Below, piece by piece: positions 23,041-36,028 of a stretch of DNA of 64,000 nt. Each line of letters opens with the position of its first letter. The stretch's first letter is position 1. A program made the translations under genes and the position numbers. A model generated the notes under the pieces. The model worked only from the letters and a program-made list of their open reading frames with translations, did no database searches and was not told the DNA's origin. The stretch is from the NCBI GenBank assembly GCA_000004985.1, contig GG738895.1. The stretch is one strand, 5' to 3'. Source of the DNA: Naegleria gruberi. Taxonomy: Eukaryota.

Positions 23041-25686
23041 TTAAAATAATCCATCCTCAATCCATTGAATGGCTGTACGTCGATCTTCTGTGAAAACCAC
23101 TCTAGTAATTGCCTCTCCTTCTTTTTCATGAACAGTGAGATAACCAGATCCTCTATCCCTCAGAATGGCTTCACTCTTCTGTTTCTGAAAGGTGTTTGCA
23201 GTGTTAACAGAGTAGCATAAATCCTTGCAATAAGTATCGCATCCATAAAACGATTCCTGCTGACACACGTTGGAAATCATGCTGTCGTCACTGTAGTAAG
23301 TGCTATCGGATGAGTGAATGCTTTCACCATCGTAATCAGGATCCATTTCTTCTTCCGTTTCATCATCTAAATAAACAGATTCAAATTGATCTTCAATAAC
23401 ATCGACTAGGGTTTTGAGAATTGTGTCGTCTTGAATGAAATTTCTCAATTGTTCATGAACTTGCTCTGGTTGTAAATTCAAATTTTCCACAAACTCATCT
23501 CTGAACCTCTGGAGATTATAAGTTTTCCTAGAGTTCATAAAAGAAAAGTACTCTTGAATTAGCTCTGTTTTAGACGCTACCAAAATGTGGGCCAAAGTGA
23601 TATCACTTGCAATAACATAATCTCTTCCAGAAAACTCTGCAATATCTTGAGCTAGTTTGAAATTATTGGCTAAAAATTGCTCACTTGCTTGTTGGATGAG
23701 CATCTTGCCATTTGGAAGTACATTTGTATCATTTTTGTAATCCATGAGAACTTCTTCAATTAATAAATTAATACGTGCTTTAGGAAGAATTAAATCTTTT
23801 CTTGTTATGAATTCTGGACCAAGACCTTGTGAGATTGAATCTTCCTTTTCATCATCTATAGTTTCATTCTCGTCCTGAATTTCATCCTCTTCAGCAGGTG
23901 GTTTTGAATTTGGTCTTCTTTTTAATATTTTAATAAGTGGCCAGTTGTCTTCGTCATAGGGTAGCTCACTAAAAGAGTTTGTTTCCTCTAAATACTCTCC
24001 TTGATAGGGATTCCATCTTACTAGTTCGAGTTCTTCGAGGGGTTTTCTAATTTTTCTCAAATTTTCATTATATATATAATCCGTATATGGATTTCTCTTT
24101 CGCTTCAAAGAGGTTTGATTTTTGACCTGACTTTCAAGCCATTCATAAGACAAGCCGTACTCACTTTCAGATTCGTCAGAAATATAATCATCGTATTCAT
24201 ATGATCTTTCGAGCCATGTTTCCACAGTAACAAACTCTTTCAAAGGTTCATGCTCTTCTTTTTCTCTCCATTGCACCGAAGTGGAATATTCATCTCCACC
24301 ATCAAACCAAACATCTGCATCCATTTTCTCCAAAGAAAGTTTGTGAATATCATTCAGTCTATCTACTTCCTTAATTTTTTCATTGATTTTGATAGCTACT
24401 TTGATATCTCCATACTTTTCTTGAAGAAGCCTATATATTTTTTCCTTTTCAGAGCTTTCATCAATTTGAGATAGAATACAAGGTGTAAGTCTCTTACCAT
24501 TATAAATAATTCTTGATTGTACAAAAGGGTTCGCAAAATACTTGTTAATTAACAAGTCGGAGATTTCAACATTTCCTCTTTGGATGGAATAATGAAGAGC
24601 TGTCAGACCAGCTGCATCATGAATGTATGTTTTCACATGCGCTTCAAGAGGAACATTTAAACTTGGATTATTAGAAATATTGGCAAGATTAGAATGGAAT
24701 TTAGTGCCCACATTCAGACACCACTCTAATAGAGTCGAACTACTGATCCAAACAGCCAAGTGTTGTAAATAAAAGCTCTTTGACATTGGAGGTATCAAGA
24801 ACTCTAAGGACTCTGTTCTCTTAAAATTCATCTTAATGCCAACATCACAAAATCTCATTCTTTCCACCTTGATTCCACAATCTCTAAGTCTTTTCATAAT
24901 TTGGGTTACCATACAAGTGCTGCTACCATCAATCAAAGTATTGATACCATTAAACTTTTCTACAATATATAACAAGTACTTTCTTGGAATACAAGAGGAA
25001 ATACCATCCAATTCATTCCAACATGTTGTGATATCGTCAAATAGACTTGGTGTTTCAATAACATTCAATAGATTTGTATTGAACACAATCTGATCATTCC
25101 ACTCAATTTCATTTGGTTTCTCCTCCCAAGAATTCACCAATTTAACAGCAGGTTCCAATAATTTCTCAAAAAACATTTCAATCATAACATTAACTTGATT
25201 CGATCCAAGATGAGCCAGCATCTCTCTTCCAATACATACCTGAATCAAAGCTTTCAACATTAGAATATTTTCTTCTGTTGATGAATATGCATCAAGCCAC
25301 TCTGCAAATTTTTCAAATAAATTGCCTTGCTCATCATCATCCGATTCATAACAAATCAACTCATCATTACCTTTGTAATAGACAACCAACTGATCATCAT
25401 GTTTAGTAAAGTCCTTGAATTTGTTTCTTTGTGTTCGGAACAATAATTTATCAATGAAGGCATGAGTTGGAAAGTACATTCCTACAATATCAAAATATTC
25501 CTTGTTTCTAAATTGACTCAAAAAGGGCTGCCAAAAACCTTCCCGATCCTCACTTATTACTCGGAAGGTTTTATTGATATGTCTAAAGGTGAGAATTTGA
25601 CGAAATAATTGATAGGGATCGCATTGCAAGTAAAAGATGTTTTGCAAAATTTCACAGGGAAGATCGTCAAGGTTGGGTGAAACCAT
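23041..25686 (-). CDS. F-box plus ankyrin-repeat protein
   Basis: ORF of 881 aa. N-terminal F-box (LPCEILQNIFYLQCDPYQLFRQILTFRHINKTF). An ankyrin-like repeat (TALHYSIQRGNVEISDLLINKYFANP). An acidic C-terminus. Confidence 0.6.
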   Translation of the reverse strand: MVSPNLDDLPCEILQNIFYLQCDPYQLFRQILTFRHINKTFRVISEDREGFWQPFLSQFRNKEYFDIVGMYFPTHAFIDKLLFRTQRNKFKDFTKHDDQLVVYYKGNDELICYESDDDEQGNLFEKFAEWLDAYSSTEENILMLKALIQVCIGREMLAHLGSNQVNVMIEMFFEKLLEPAVKLVNSWEEKPNEIEWNDQIVFNTNLLNVIETPSLFDDITTCWNELDGISSCIPRKYLLYIVEKFNGINTLIDGSSTCMVTQIMKRLRDCGIKVERMRFCDVGIKMNFKRTESLEFLIPPMSKSFYLQHLAVWISSSTLLEWCLNVGTKFHSNLANISNNPSLNVPLEAHVKTYIHDAAGLTALHYSIQRGNVEISDLLINKYFANPFVQSRIIYNGKRLTPCILSQIDESSEKEKIYRLLQEKYGDIKVAIKINEKIKEVDRLNDIHKLSLEKMDADVWFDGGDEYSTSVQWREKEEHEPLKEFVTVETWLERSYEYDDYISDESESEYGLSYEWLESQVKNQTSLKRKRNPYTDYIYNENLRKIRKPLEELELVRWNPYQGEYLEETNSFSELPYDEDNWPLIKILKRRPNSKPPAEEDEIQDENETIDDEKEDSISQGLGPEFITRKDLILPKARINLLIEEVLMDYKNDTNVLPNGKMLIQQASEQFLANNFKLAQDIAEFSGRDYVIASDITLAHILVASKTELIQEYFSFMNSRKTYNLQRFRDEFVENLNLQPEQVHEQLRNFIQDDTILKTLVDVIEDQFESVYLDDETEEEMDPDYDGESIHSSDSTYYSDDSMISNVCQQESFYGCDTYCKDLCYSVNTANTFQKQKSEAILRDRGSGYLTVHEKEGEAITRVVFTEDRRTAIQWIEDGLF

Positions 25687-25871
25687 TTTTTTTCAAAGTT
25701 GACTCATAATATCAATCCACTTTACATACAGATATTCCATTGTAAACTTCACCAATGCATTATTGATTTCTTATTGTTTCAATTTTTACCGCCATTTTTC
25801 TGAATGACTATTTAGATTGGAGCGATTAGATCACACCAAAAATCAGCGCTGAAAATTCACTTTGAAAAAAA

Positions 25872-28095
25872 ATGTTCCCGCTGCAATCTAGGTTATCTTT
25901 CAAGGCATCCTTGTCGAGAATCGCAAGTAGTGGCTTGTTGTTGTTCTTATTGTTTGCTGTTGTTTTGGAATGCTCCTGCTTGATGAGTGTTGTATTGGCT
26001 GCTGCTAATCGTGGAAAGATCAATATTTTACAACAATCAAAGATGATCAAGAATAATAACAAGGCTCCTTCTGTTATTGTTGGAAAAGAAGCTGGATTTA
26101 TTGTTCCACCATTGGAATCGTATGGTGCTGCTCCGTATCCAGAATATGCTCATCACCATTTGGTGTGGATTAATGGAGAGAAACAAAGTCAACAGGGAAT
26201 TATTAATTTGGTAAATTCTTACCTTGCTAATGGTATTCCTGTTGGATCAGTGGATTTGGAGGCTGGTTGGAGTACTGGCATTAATAATTTTGTGCCAAAT
26301 CAGTAAGTTTTGTATTGTTGGAATAATGTGAAATATTCTATAATTCATTCTGATTCAACAGAAGTAAATTCCCAAACCTTTACCAATTGGTCAAGCAATT
26401 ACACAAGATGAATGTAAAGGTATTTTGTTGGGCTACACCATTGGTCAATACTGATTCTCCAAATTATAAGGATGGATACAATCGTGGATATTATTTGAAT
26501 GGAGGAAGAGAAATTGAATGGTGGAAAGGACGCGGAAGTTTCATTGATTATAGTAATCCTGATGCTGTTAATTGGTGGCATAATCAATTGGATAATGTAT
26601 TGATTTTGAACAAGACTGATGGAGAAGGAATTGATGGATGGGTAGGTTTGAATATTTCAATTTACAATAGTTAACAAAAATCTTAAAGAAAACTGACGGT
26701 ACTGATCCATATCTCTATGAATTGTTACCTTACATCTACGGTAAAAAAGGAAAAATTTCAGAATCTGATTATTCCAGCATGTATTACAATGATTACTTGT
26801 CTTATTCTCAAAAAGTTAGAGGACTTGATAATGCCTTGCTTGTTTCTAGAGCAACTGATTCATTCCTTGGAGCTGCCTTCTTTAAATTCGCCCCAAGAGA
26901 TGTTGTTTTTAATGGATGGGTTGGTAACAAGTATGCAAACTATTTCGGCTTGAAGGAAACTGTGAAAAACATGTTCCACTCTTCGTGGGATAATTATGTT
27001 GGATTCACCACTGAAATTGCTGGTTATTCTGGAATGAGAGCTGATGATAAGGTATTATATATTAGATGGTTCCAATTGGCAGCCTTTACAAGTGCAATGC
27101 ACAATGGAGGGTATGATCTTCATGAACGTAAGTACTGAATTATTTGCAAGATCTGACATTGAATTTTATCTAGCTTGGCTTTTCAATGATGCCAACGTAA
27201 CTGCTCTCTACAGAAAATTCACTCAAGCTCACATGGAAATTGTTCCTTATTTATACACAACTGGTATTTCAGCATATGCTTCTAAAACTAGTATGATTTC
27301 TCCGCTCAAGTAAGTTTGAAATTCTTTTTCTTTATACTAACTCTCAAAAGTTCACATACAATTTTGGATCCAAGTATTTGGACATTCTACCTTGGAACAG
27401 ATATGCTCGTCAATCCAATCTTTGATTTCCCGGGAGAAGTAAATGTGTTCTTCCCATTTGGAACATGGGTTGATTACTTTGATCATGACATGTCATTTGG
27501 AGGTGGTGTTGTCCCAATGTTCAATATCACTTTCAATTACACTCTCACATTAACTGATTTCCCAGCCTATTACAGAGCTGGTAGTATTTTACCATTGAAT
27601 ATTACTACAAATCATGTCAATGTGTTTGGTAATGCTAAAAGAAATGCTGGATATTTAACCTTGGCCATTCACTATCCAATTGTTGACCAAGTCCAAGAAA
27701 AGGTAATCTATTCTCACGGTATTAAAGTTACCTATTTGAGAAAGACAATTGACAATACAATGATTATTGAAATATCAGCTCCAAATGGTTTCAGAGGAGA
27801 ACATGCTGATAGAAATCTCAAATACTTGTTGGATATTCGTGGATTACTTCCATCTCACTTTGAAGGATACACAGTTTCTCAATACTCAATGGATGCTGAC
27901 AAGTTTGTCGAGATGAGCAAACACAAATTATCCAATGATTTTAACAATTCAAAAGAAAGCTCATTCCACCACAATGAAAATCCATCCTTCTACACTCTTC
28001 GTAAACCAAACGGAAAGCGTTTGAAATTGAAACAACAACACTTGTGGATTAAGGTTCATGATGTCAGTAAGGGTGTTAGAATTTTGATTAAATAA
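25872..28095 (+). CDS. glycoside hydrolase family 31 (alpha-glucosidase-like) in 5 exons, with introns at about 26303..26361, 26642..26688, 27128..27173 and 27310..27350
   Basis: N-terminal signal peptide. GH31 catalytic-domain motifs (KFPNLYQLVKQLHKMNVKVFCWATP; GIDGW-KTDGTDPY; WIGNKYANYFGLKETV; RWFQLAAFTSAMHNGG). All introns are GT(A/G)AGT...AG and restore the frame. Confidence 0.75.
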
Positions 28096-28395
28096 ATCCC
28101 AAACAGTTACAATCAAGTTTAATCATATAATTCTAATACAACAAACACTTTATGTGGGATCTAATACAACAAACAATTAGAATTCCATATTGTTATGGAA
28201 TAAATTTGTCAGTTGTTAGAAATCGTTACAATGAAACTGAAGTTCTTTGTCAAGTGAAATCACTGACGCAGAACCGTCTTCATTGTCGCTTCAGGACTTC
28301 ACACGTCAAACAAAAAACAGAAACTTTTAAAAAAAATCCATAACACCTACCAGTTGAATCTGCAAGAAACAACATTCACACCAACAAAACAACAA

Positions 28396-29433
28396 ATGTC
28401 AAAATCACCAAGAGAATACAAGCCACTAATCAGAGGAGACACCATCCAGCTTAGAATCATCAACGGTTTTGATCTGGAAGCAGCCGATGCGAATGGACTG
28501 AGTGATCCATTTATTATAGGAGAAACTGTTGATCCACAATTATTAAAATTCGATAAATTCAAGACGAAAATAATGAAAAAGACATTGTCACCTGTTTGGA
28601 ATGAAACTTTTGATTTGGGGAGTGTAAAGTTGACTTGTGGAAAGATTTTAGTTAAATTAACAGTGATGGATTGGGATAGATTTTCAAAAGATGTAGGTTT
28701 TAATAGTTTCCTTTTTGGGAAATATAGTAATTTCTAATTTTGGAAAATTTAGGATTTTATTGGAGAAACAATTATCGAAATTGATGGAAGTTTGCAAATC
28801 AATAGAGAAACAATTAGGGATTATCAATTAGAAAAAGTCAGTACTGGAACTGTCAAAATTGGAATTACCGTCACTCGTCCAGAAGACACTGCTCAAATTT
28901 TATCAATTGCCCAAAAAATACTTAGAGATACAACTCATTATCATGAATTATTGTCAAATCAGAATTTTATTTTATCATGTACCATTCCTGGTTGTTTCTC
29001 ATCTGCTGAAGTTAAGGCAGATCGAGTGACATCTGTCATTGCAAAAAATCATGAAACATTTTCATTACAAATTTACAATTTATCATTAATGAGCTATGAT
29101 CAGGAAAGAGTAAAGATGGTTCATGAGGAGGTTTTTAAAGTAGGAAAGGATTTGACAGTTATTGAAAAAGATTCGGATATTACACCAATTTTTGCAACCT
29201 TATTTGCTGCTCCAATATTTGAGAAAGTTCACCTTTCGATTTTCAAATACGAAAGGGATACCATTGGAAAGACATTGTATGTCTATGCACTGAAACCAAA
29301 ACAATTTCACATGATGATTGCTATGGTTTATTCAACTTCAGAATCTCACATTTCAACTGAGAGAGAATTGCTATTACAATATGTGGCAACTAAAATGAAT
29401 ATTACTGAATTACAACACACAACCAATCAATAA
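28396..29433 (+). CDS. C2-domain protein in 2 exons (28396..28692 and 28753..29433)
   Basis: The C2 hallmark is restored by splicing: ...MDWDRFSKD|DFIGETIIEIDG, with the intron at 28693..28752 (GTAGGT...AATTTAG). The upstream beta-strands read LRIINGFDLEAADANGLSDPFI. Confidence 0.7.
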
Positions 29434-29586
29434 ATGATTGTTTTAATTAATGCATACTTTATATTTATTTATTTTGTTATTTACAGTGATTACTACCTTG
29501 AGGCAAAGAAATAGATATATGTGTTCAATAAATATTGAAGAGACATATTACAGACTCTATGCTTGATTCTCTTCCACAATTAGTGA

Positions 29587-30762
29587 TTATTTCTCATTCA
29601 ATTTCTGTTCCATGAACAGGTTTTCGTTTTCGATCAGTTCCTGCTCCTCCAGGGAATAACTTTCTTTAAGCTCCAAATAAATTTCATAAAAAGCTCCAAA
29701 CCATGAGAGGACAGAACATGCCACATTCTTGAAATGTTCAACATTATGACCACAATGAACACCTACTATTCTGCTGGAAAATTTGTGTGACTGGATATAG
29801 TCTTTGAAAGCAGTTTTGTTCTTTTGCAAAATATCAGATGTTCTATAAAGATCCATAAACTCATTGACTTGATGGTTTCCTATAAATATTGGCCCACCAG
29901 AGCTAGATTCGGTCGTTGTAGCATTGTGGAAGATCTTATTTTCCTTAATATCAGTGATCCACCCAAGTGAAAATTCTACCGCTTCCTTTGGTATCATTCT
30001 ACTCAGTGTTAAAAAATCAATGCCTATTTCTTTTGCTTTCATTTCTATTGACTTTAAAGATGGAGAACATAAACCAACAAGTAAAATGTTGTAAACATCA
30101 TCCTCGCCTGTAGATTCATTAGCTGCAAGCGAGGGTGAGGGTATAACATTTCCTCCAAATTGATCTTTAGAAATGCTACAATCTGATCCCTCAAACGAAA
30201 GCAAAGCCCAATCTTGCGAAACATTGTTCCTCTCATATTTTCCACATTTTACAACCTTGCACGAGATGGAATCTGTTCTCTCAAATAAATCTCTGACATT
30301 AGTAAAACTAACAACTAGATTTTTCACTTCAAAATCTACTCCATCTTTGCTCTGGTGAGACACAACACAATGAGCACAAGTTATCAAGTAATTAATTGAA
30401 TTCTCTCTAAATGGTGATATTAGAAAGGCTGTTCCTGTGGTAATTACTTGTTGCAAGGGTTTGTTTGGTTGAGTCAGTTCCATCTCGGCAACAATGGTGC
30501 ACGTTCTTTGTTTTAAATACTTTAAATGTTGATTGCAATTGTAGCATCTAATATACTTTGGAAGAATGTATTGATGGTGGACTGTATCATCACATTCATC
30601 ATTAGTACCTGATTTCCAATTTGGGTCCTTCTTAAAAATTAGAGTTTCAGAAGAACAATCCTCATCACCAGCTGGTTGATTGTTTAGGTGTGAATTACTA
30701 ACAACAAAATTAAGATTCAAAATTTCCAACTCTTCAACAAAATCCTCCTCTGTTGAATGCAT
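29587..30762 (-). CDS. trypsin-like serine peptidase domain protein
   Basis: ORF of 391 aa with TCAHCV (His motif) and SSGGPIF (GDSGGP-like Ser motif) in the expected order. Confidence 0.5.
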   Translation of the reverse strand: MHSTEEDFVEELEILNLNFVVSNSHLNNQPAGDEDCSSETLIFKKDPNWKSGTNDECDDTVHHQYILPKYIRCYNCNQHLKYLKQRTCTIVAEMELTQPNKPLQQVITTGTAFLISPFRENSINYLITCAHCVVSHQSKDGVDFEVKNLVVSFTNVRDLFERTDSISCKVVKCGKYERNNVSQDWALLSFEGSDCSISKDQFGGNVIPSPSLAANESTGEDDVYNILLVGLCSPSLKSIEMKAKEIGIDFLTLSRMIPKEAVEFSLGWITDIKENKIFHNATTTESSSGGPIFIGNHQVNEFMDLYRTSDILQKNKTAFKDYIQSHKFSSRIVGVHCGHNVEHFKNVACSVLSWFGAFYEIYLELKESYSLEEQELIENENLFMEQKLNEK

Positions 30763-30913
30763 TTTTTAGGTTGAGATCACAACCAATTTTGATCTTAGAG
30801 GTCGCCTTAATACTGAGTGAAAGAACCTAAATTTTGCAAGCTAACCCACGCACACAGTTGTCGGACCAGCAAAGACGTAATGTGCAAACTAACAATAATT
30901 GTTTTCCTATTTT

Positions 30914-33900
30914 TTATTGGAATGGAGAAACTGATGACCTAGGGGATGATGTTGCAGGAGAATCTGGAGTGTTATTGCCAGCAGAAGTACGGGAAGTTAA
31001 AGGAGCATCCGAGGTACGAATATCTGTCATTCTGGATCTTCTGTGTTGTAACTCTCTGAAGGAGACTTCTGATTGAATGACATCTTCAGAGGAGGTGGAA
31101 ACGAATAGTGGACTCACAGATTTACGAGGTGTATCAATTTCTATATTCATTTCTTCTCTCAATACTTCCACAACTTGTTTGTAATGATTACTAGTGACAA
31201 ATCTTTCATAAGTGTCGATCATTAGGAGGGAAATTACTCTTTGAATAGGGTCGAAAATGTCAGCTCTAATGCTGTCGTCATTTTCATTTAAAAGCTCCAC
31301 TTCAATTTCCTTTACCATTCTTCGAGAGAGGTTTAGTTCTCTCTCAGATCCTAAGCGTAAGTACTCGTCATAGATCTTTCTTCCTTCCTCGAGTTGTTTT
31401 GAAGAATCCATTAGGGCTTTATATTCCTCAACACGTGCCCAGAAAAGAATATTCTCCTCAGAGTGTTCCAGCTCACAATAGGAAACAAAATAGGGTCTCA
31501 GTTTTTCGCTCGATCTAATAACTTCCAACTCTACATTAACTTCCTTATTGTCATCATTGCTAATATTGGAAGGAATATTGAGTGAGGAATTGTACTTGTA
31601 CTCAATTGTTATATCATCAACATCACGTTGCTTTAGAATACAAATCTTATTTGATACATTGGTATCCAGATATTTGAACAGGTATTCCATTAGATCTTTT
31701 TGTGAACCAAAATCATCTTTGAACCACTCGAAAATCTTGGATACATAAATGGTGTTGGTCTCCAAATCAATTCTAGTCTCTCTTTGGATGTATTCTCTGG
31801 TGGCCTTATCAATTTCACTTTCCATATTTTCCAAGGTGAAGAGATTAAACTTTGGAGAACCCATATCGGCTCTGAAAAGACAAAAATGGATTCTTGGATC
31901 AAATTCTGGAATTCTCAAATTACTGATAGCGTTGAGAAGTGGATTGTCATCCTCACTTGATGTCTTGAATAACTTTTCCCTAAACGATGAGGATATCGAG
32001 TCCTTACCAACATTGATATTTCCACTAGACTTTCTTTGATATTTTTCTCCTCTAAGAATACCATGAGCAATCATGTCCAAGCTCAATTTGTATCTTCCAA
32101 TCATGTACTTTTTTTTTCTGAAGAACCTCTTTCTCAGTAAAAAGTTGGTAGGTTTACCACAAGTTATCAGAGCATGCAATACCATAATGTTGTGAATATT
32201 GATAAAGAAGCACTTTCTAAAAGTAGGATCAAGCATTGTTGTCGTGTCAATCTTTTGCAGCTTTCTCATTTCATTGAGAATTGTAACAAAATGTTCACTG
32301 AAAGCAAAACCTTGATAGTCGAAAATTGGCAGATCGTTATACTTTGAGCTTTGATCATATTTCATCATAATTTCCTTTCCTACTTGTTTAATGACTCGGT
32401 AAATGGACATGAAGGATGATTGTGGCTCGAAAACACCAATCATGTTTGGATCTATATTGAGTGTATTGGAATTTTCATATTCATCAGTGAAAATGTAGAG
32501 AACATTTGGATCATCTTCAAACTTGGAGGTAAACTTGTCCATATTGATAAAAACCATTCTGTCCATCATTTGTTGAGCAAACCAGGCTGCGTCTAATCGC
32601 AAAAACTTGTCATGACTATTTTCTTTAATCCAATCGACTATATCAGAACCACTGAATGATTTGGCATGCATTCTATTGAATTTAGACCGAATCAAGTTCT
32701 TTTGTCTCGATATTCCTGCCTTCAATCTTTGCACAAAGGACTTTTCATCCTCCTCAAAGTTATATATACAGAGTGTTAAATCCTCAGTTGGATCAAAGAG
32801 TGGATTTGTTGTAATGTACTCCTCATCGTAGAGAGGATTAATGAATGATATTTCTTGCTCGTATAAACTATTTACAATTCTTTCACCTTCCTCGAATAAT
32901 CCACAATTGAACACTTCTTCAAATTCTTCATCATCGAGCTCATCCTCGTCCGTGTAGGTTTTTGGAGAAGTGAAATCCTCAAAACCTTTACTTCCCAGGG
33001 TGTGGAAGATTTGCTTGTGAACCCATTGTTGCTTTCTATAATCATCAATTATCCTCTTGATTTTATGAGAAATGAGTTGGGATTCCAATATTTTCTTTAC
33101 CACTGATTTGGATCTTCGCTTCTCACCATCCAACATGGAATTAATATTTTCCTGGTACGTGTTGTAATTAGTCTTTCTAAAGTATTTGGCGTAATCTTCA
33201 TTCTTTTCAATTTCTACATCTTTAAAAACACTTCCAATATTGAATGAAATGGTACTAGAGGAACTGAGAGCTTCAGCAAAATGACCACTCTTGCTTTCCA
33301 TCTGGTTTCTGGTTTCAGCAATAGATTTGAGACTGTGTGAGCTCATAATATCCATTCCACTAAAAGAATTGACAACAACAGGAGAGGATGTTTCTTCCTC
33401 ATCATTACAAGTAGCATCATCGTCACTACTGGCATCATTAATTGAAGAAGTGTGGCCAGACTCTGTCAAGTCTCCATTATTCATTTCCGTATCTACAGTG
33501 TCAATTGATGTCAGAATATTATCAGTAGAGTCGGTACTAAAGGTACTAGTGTTTCCTTCCTGTTTATCTGACTGAGGAGAGACAATTTCTATGGTTATGT
33601 TATTACTTTCTCTAACTTTTTGCAAAATTGACTCTACAATTGTTTTGATGACTTGTTTTGTTTCTTCTTTGATGTTATTTTCCTTTTCTTCTTGTTGATT
33701 GATTTGATTAATAGCTGTTGTTTCCACAATAATTGGAGTTATTGTTGGAATTGTTTCAGTAATTTGTTCGTTCTCTTCCTCAGGTTTGGAGATTGGAAAT
33801 GATTCTGTTAAAGTAATTGCTGATGTTTCTTCTATTGATGAATCAATAGTAGTTATTGTTGAAGGTTGTTGTTGTTGTTCTACTTCTTGTTGAACTAATT

Positions 33901-34999
33901 CATGGTTAATTTCAAGAGTTTCAATTGAAGAAATCTCATTGATTTCTTCTGAAATTGGCTTGATTTCTACACAAATCTCTTCTTTTTCTTTTGGAGAAGG
34001 CAATTGTTGCTCTTGTTCTGATTTGTGTAAATTTTCAGACTGTACAGATTGTTCTTGTTGTTTAGAAAGTATTTCATTTGATTTGTGAATCTTATTAGTA
34101 GTAGCATTAGAGGTTGTTTTTTGTATGAGTTGAGTAAATTTCAAAATGGTTTGACTCACTCGGGATGGTTTACTACTATTAGCACTAATTGAAACTACTT
34201 CTAATTCCTTCTTATTTGATGATGATGATTTATCCACATTGAATTCAGGTAGGGATGATGTTGTTTTCCTTGTTTCACTTGTTGCTGCTGGTATGGTATT
34301 GTTACTACTTTGTATGGATAGGGATTTTGATGGAGTTGTATAATTATTACTTGTTGTTGATGTGATTTCATGTTGTTGTTGTTTATCAGAAGATGATGAC
34401 GAAGATGATGGTGAAGATTGAAAATAGGCAGAAAGGTTCTTATTGATGGAAGTAATACTCTTTACAGGGGATATAAAACTATTGTTATTATTACTAGTAG
34501 TAGTAGAAGAGGTTACAGGTGTGGTTGCAGTCGTGACTGGTAAATAATCAATCTAAAATCAAGTCAAGTCAATATATATAATTATAATCAATTCGTTCAA
34601 AATTGTATTATATTATATGGATGATAATTAATATGATGAAATCAGCAATGATAATGATTATTCAGCACAATGACAAATATCGTGTTGATGATGATGAACA
34701 AAAAACACAAAAATTCAACAAAATACAAAAAACACAATATAACCTACCCGCACAGAATGTCTCGTCTTGACTGGATTTCGTGGTGTTGTTGAAGGACTAT
34801 TCAAGGTAGCATTCTCCTCTTTTTTAATATTTTCTTCCCAGAGTTGTTTTAGCTGTGAGACTCTACTAGAGAGTGGAGTGGATAAAGAAGTAGATGAAGA
34901 AGATGATAATGGAGAAGTGGTGATATTGGAAATGTTGTTGTTGTTTAGAGCAGATAGGTTGAGAGAGGGCGTACTTGTTGCACCACCTTCTTGTGTCAT
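30914..34999 (-). CDS. large RGS-domain protein (DEP-like plus DUF547-like plus a C-terminal RGS domain) with a Ser/Thr/Asn-rich N-terminus, in at least 2 exons (34999..34744 and 34536..30914)
   Basis: The C-terminal RGS domain reads PYFVSYCELEHSEENILFWARVEEYKAL. A DEP-like stretch reads GSDIVDWIKENSHD. The first exon is joined via an intron of about 207 nt (34537..34743, weak GTTATA donor). The exon 1 boundary is approximate. Confidence 0.6.
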
Positions 35000-35328
35000 T
35001 TTGTTCTTGAGTGTTGATTAATTGCACTTGACGTTTGATCAATCTACTCGAAAGTTCTTTGTGGTGTTGTGTTCATGATAATCCCGACTTGGAAAGTTGA
35101 AGCTCTGTATGTTGGTGGATTTTCTGTTTAAGAAGAAACAATTGATTTGATTTAAGCGATAGATTAACAAAATATGACTTTCTAATGTAAAGATATATAG
35201 TAACAATAATTTAACATTCATTAGATTTGAACAGTCTATGATAAAATCATGATAGAAACCCAAACCTTGAAATTCTGGAATATTACTGCACAAATTTTAA
35301 TTGTGTACTAAGAAGCCACATACCACAA

Positions 35329-35400
35329 GGTAATAAGTGCGTTTTGTGAAGTTACAATCTTAATATATTAATGTATTTCCTTATACCTTTGCGCTTATTG
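35329..35400. repeat. degenerate direct repeat, copy 1 (GGTAATAAGTGCGTTTTGTGAAGTTACAATCTTAATATA...CTTATTG), in the divergent promoter region
   Basis: About 80% identical to 35660..35740 (GGTATTGTGCGAGTTTTTATGAAGTTCCAATCTCAATATA...CTTATTG). Confidence 0.5.
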
Positions 35401-35659
35401 CCAAAGAATCTTTGGGTGACGCTGTAGTTGGTTACAAGTGTTTGGATTCATTTCAGTTGAGATGTATCCTTGCCACCATGAGGAAAATGTAGAGAAACAA
35501 TATGGAAGAATATGCTGCTTGACATGAGGGTGTGTTGCTAGAAACTTTTGTTTATTTGACATTTCTTATTCCAAATCGCTTATTTATTATTCAACAATCA
35601 CAGTTAAAAACACAAGCATATACGGAGGAGTACCATTCCTTTAAGACAACATAGATGAC

Positions 35660-35740
35660 GGTATTGTGCGAGTTTTTATGAAGTTCCAATCTCAATATAA
35701 TTTCGTAATGCCTTAATGAAGGAAAAAGCATCTTATTCAT
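35660..35740. repeat. degenerate direct repeat, copy 2
   Basis: See copy 1. It lies between the RGS gene start (34999, minus strand) and the cyclase-like gene start (36029, plus strand). Confidence 0.5.
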
Positions 35741-36028
35741 ATGCCTTATTGAACATTTTTCACGCAAGAATCTCTTTCAATGACGATATATTATTATCTC
35801 CATCTCCATTTGAGTAAGTGCCGCCTTACTTTGTGGACGTTTTTCAAACTCACCTTAATAGAAAACCAAAAAATTAAAACAACAATAAACACCGATACAC
35901 TCTCTCAGAGGTATAATTCATCTCTCATCTGCGCTCGTGGAGTGTGTACTCGCATACTTGAAGAACTTGATACAAACAACAAATAACAACAACAATTTAT
36001 AAGAAGATAATATAGCATTCTTAACAAC

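Noticed and set aside
34300-34500. GAT/GAA/CAA trinucleotide runs (also 55030-55075 and 59090-59125) as microsatellite features.
   Set aside because: They are in frame inside coding exons and encode poly-Asp/Ser/His/Gln tracts typical of this genome. They are not independent repeat elements.
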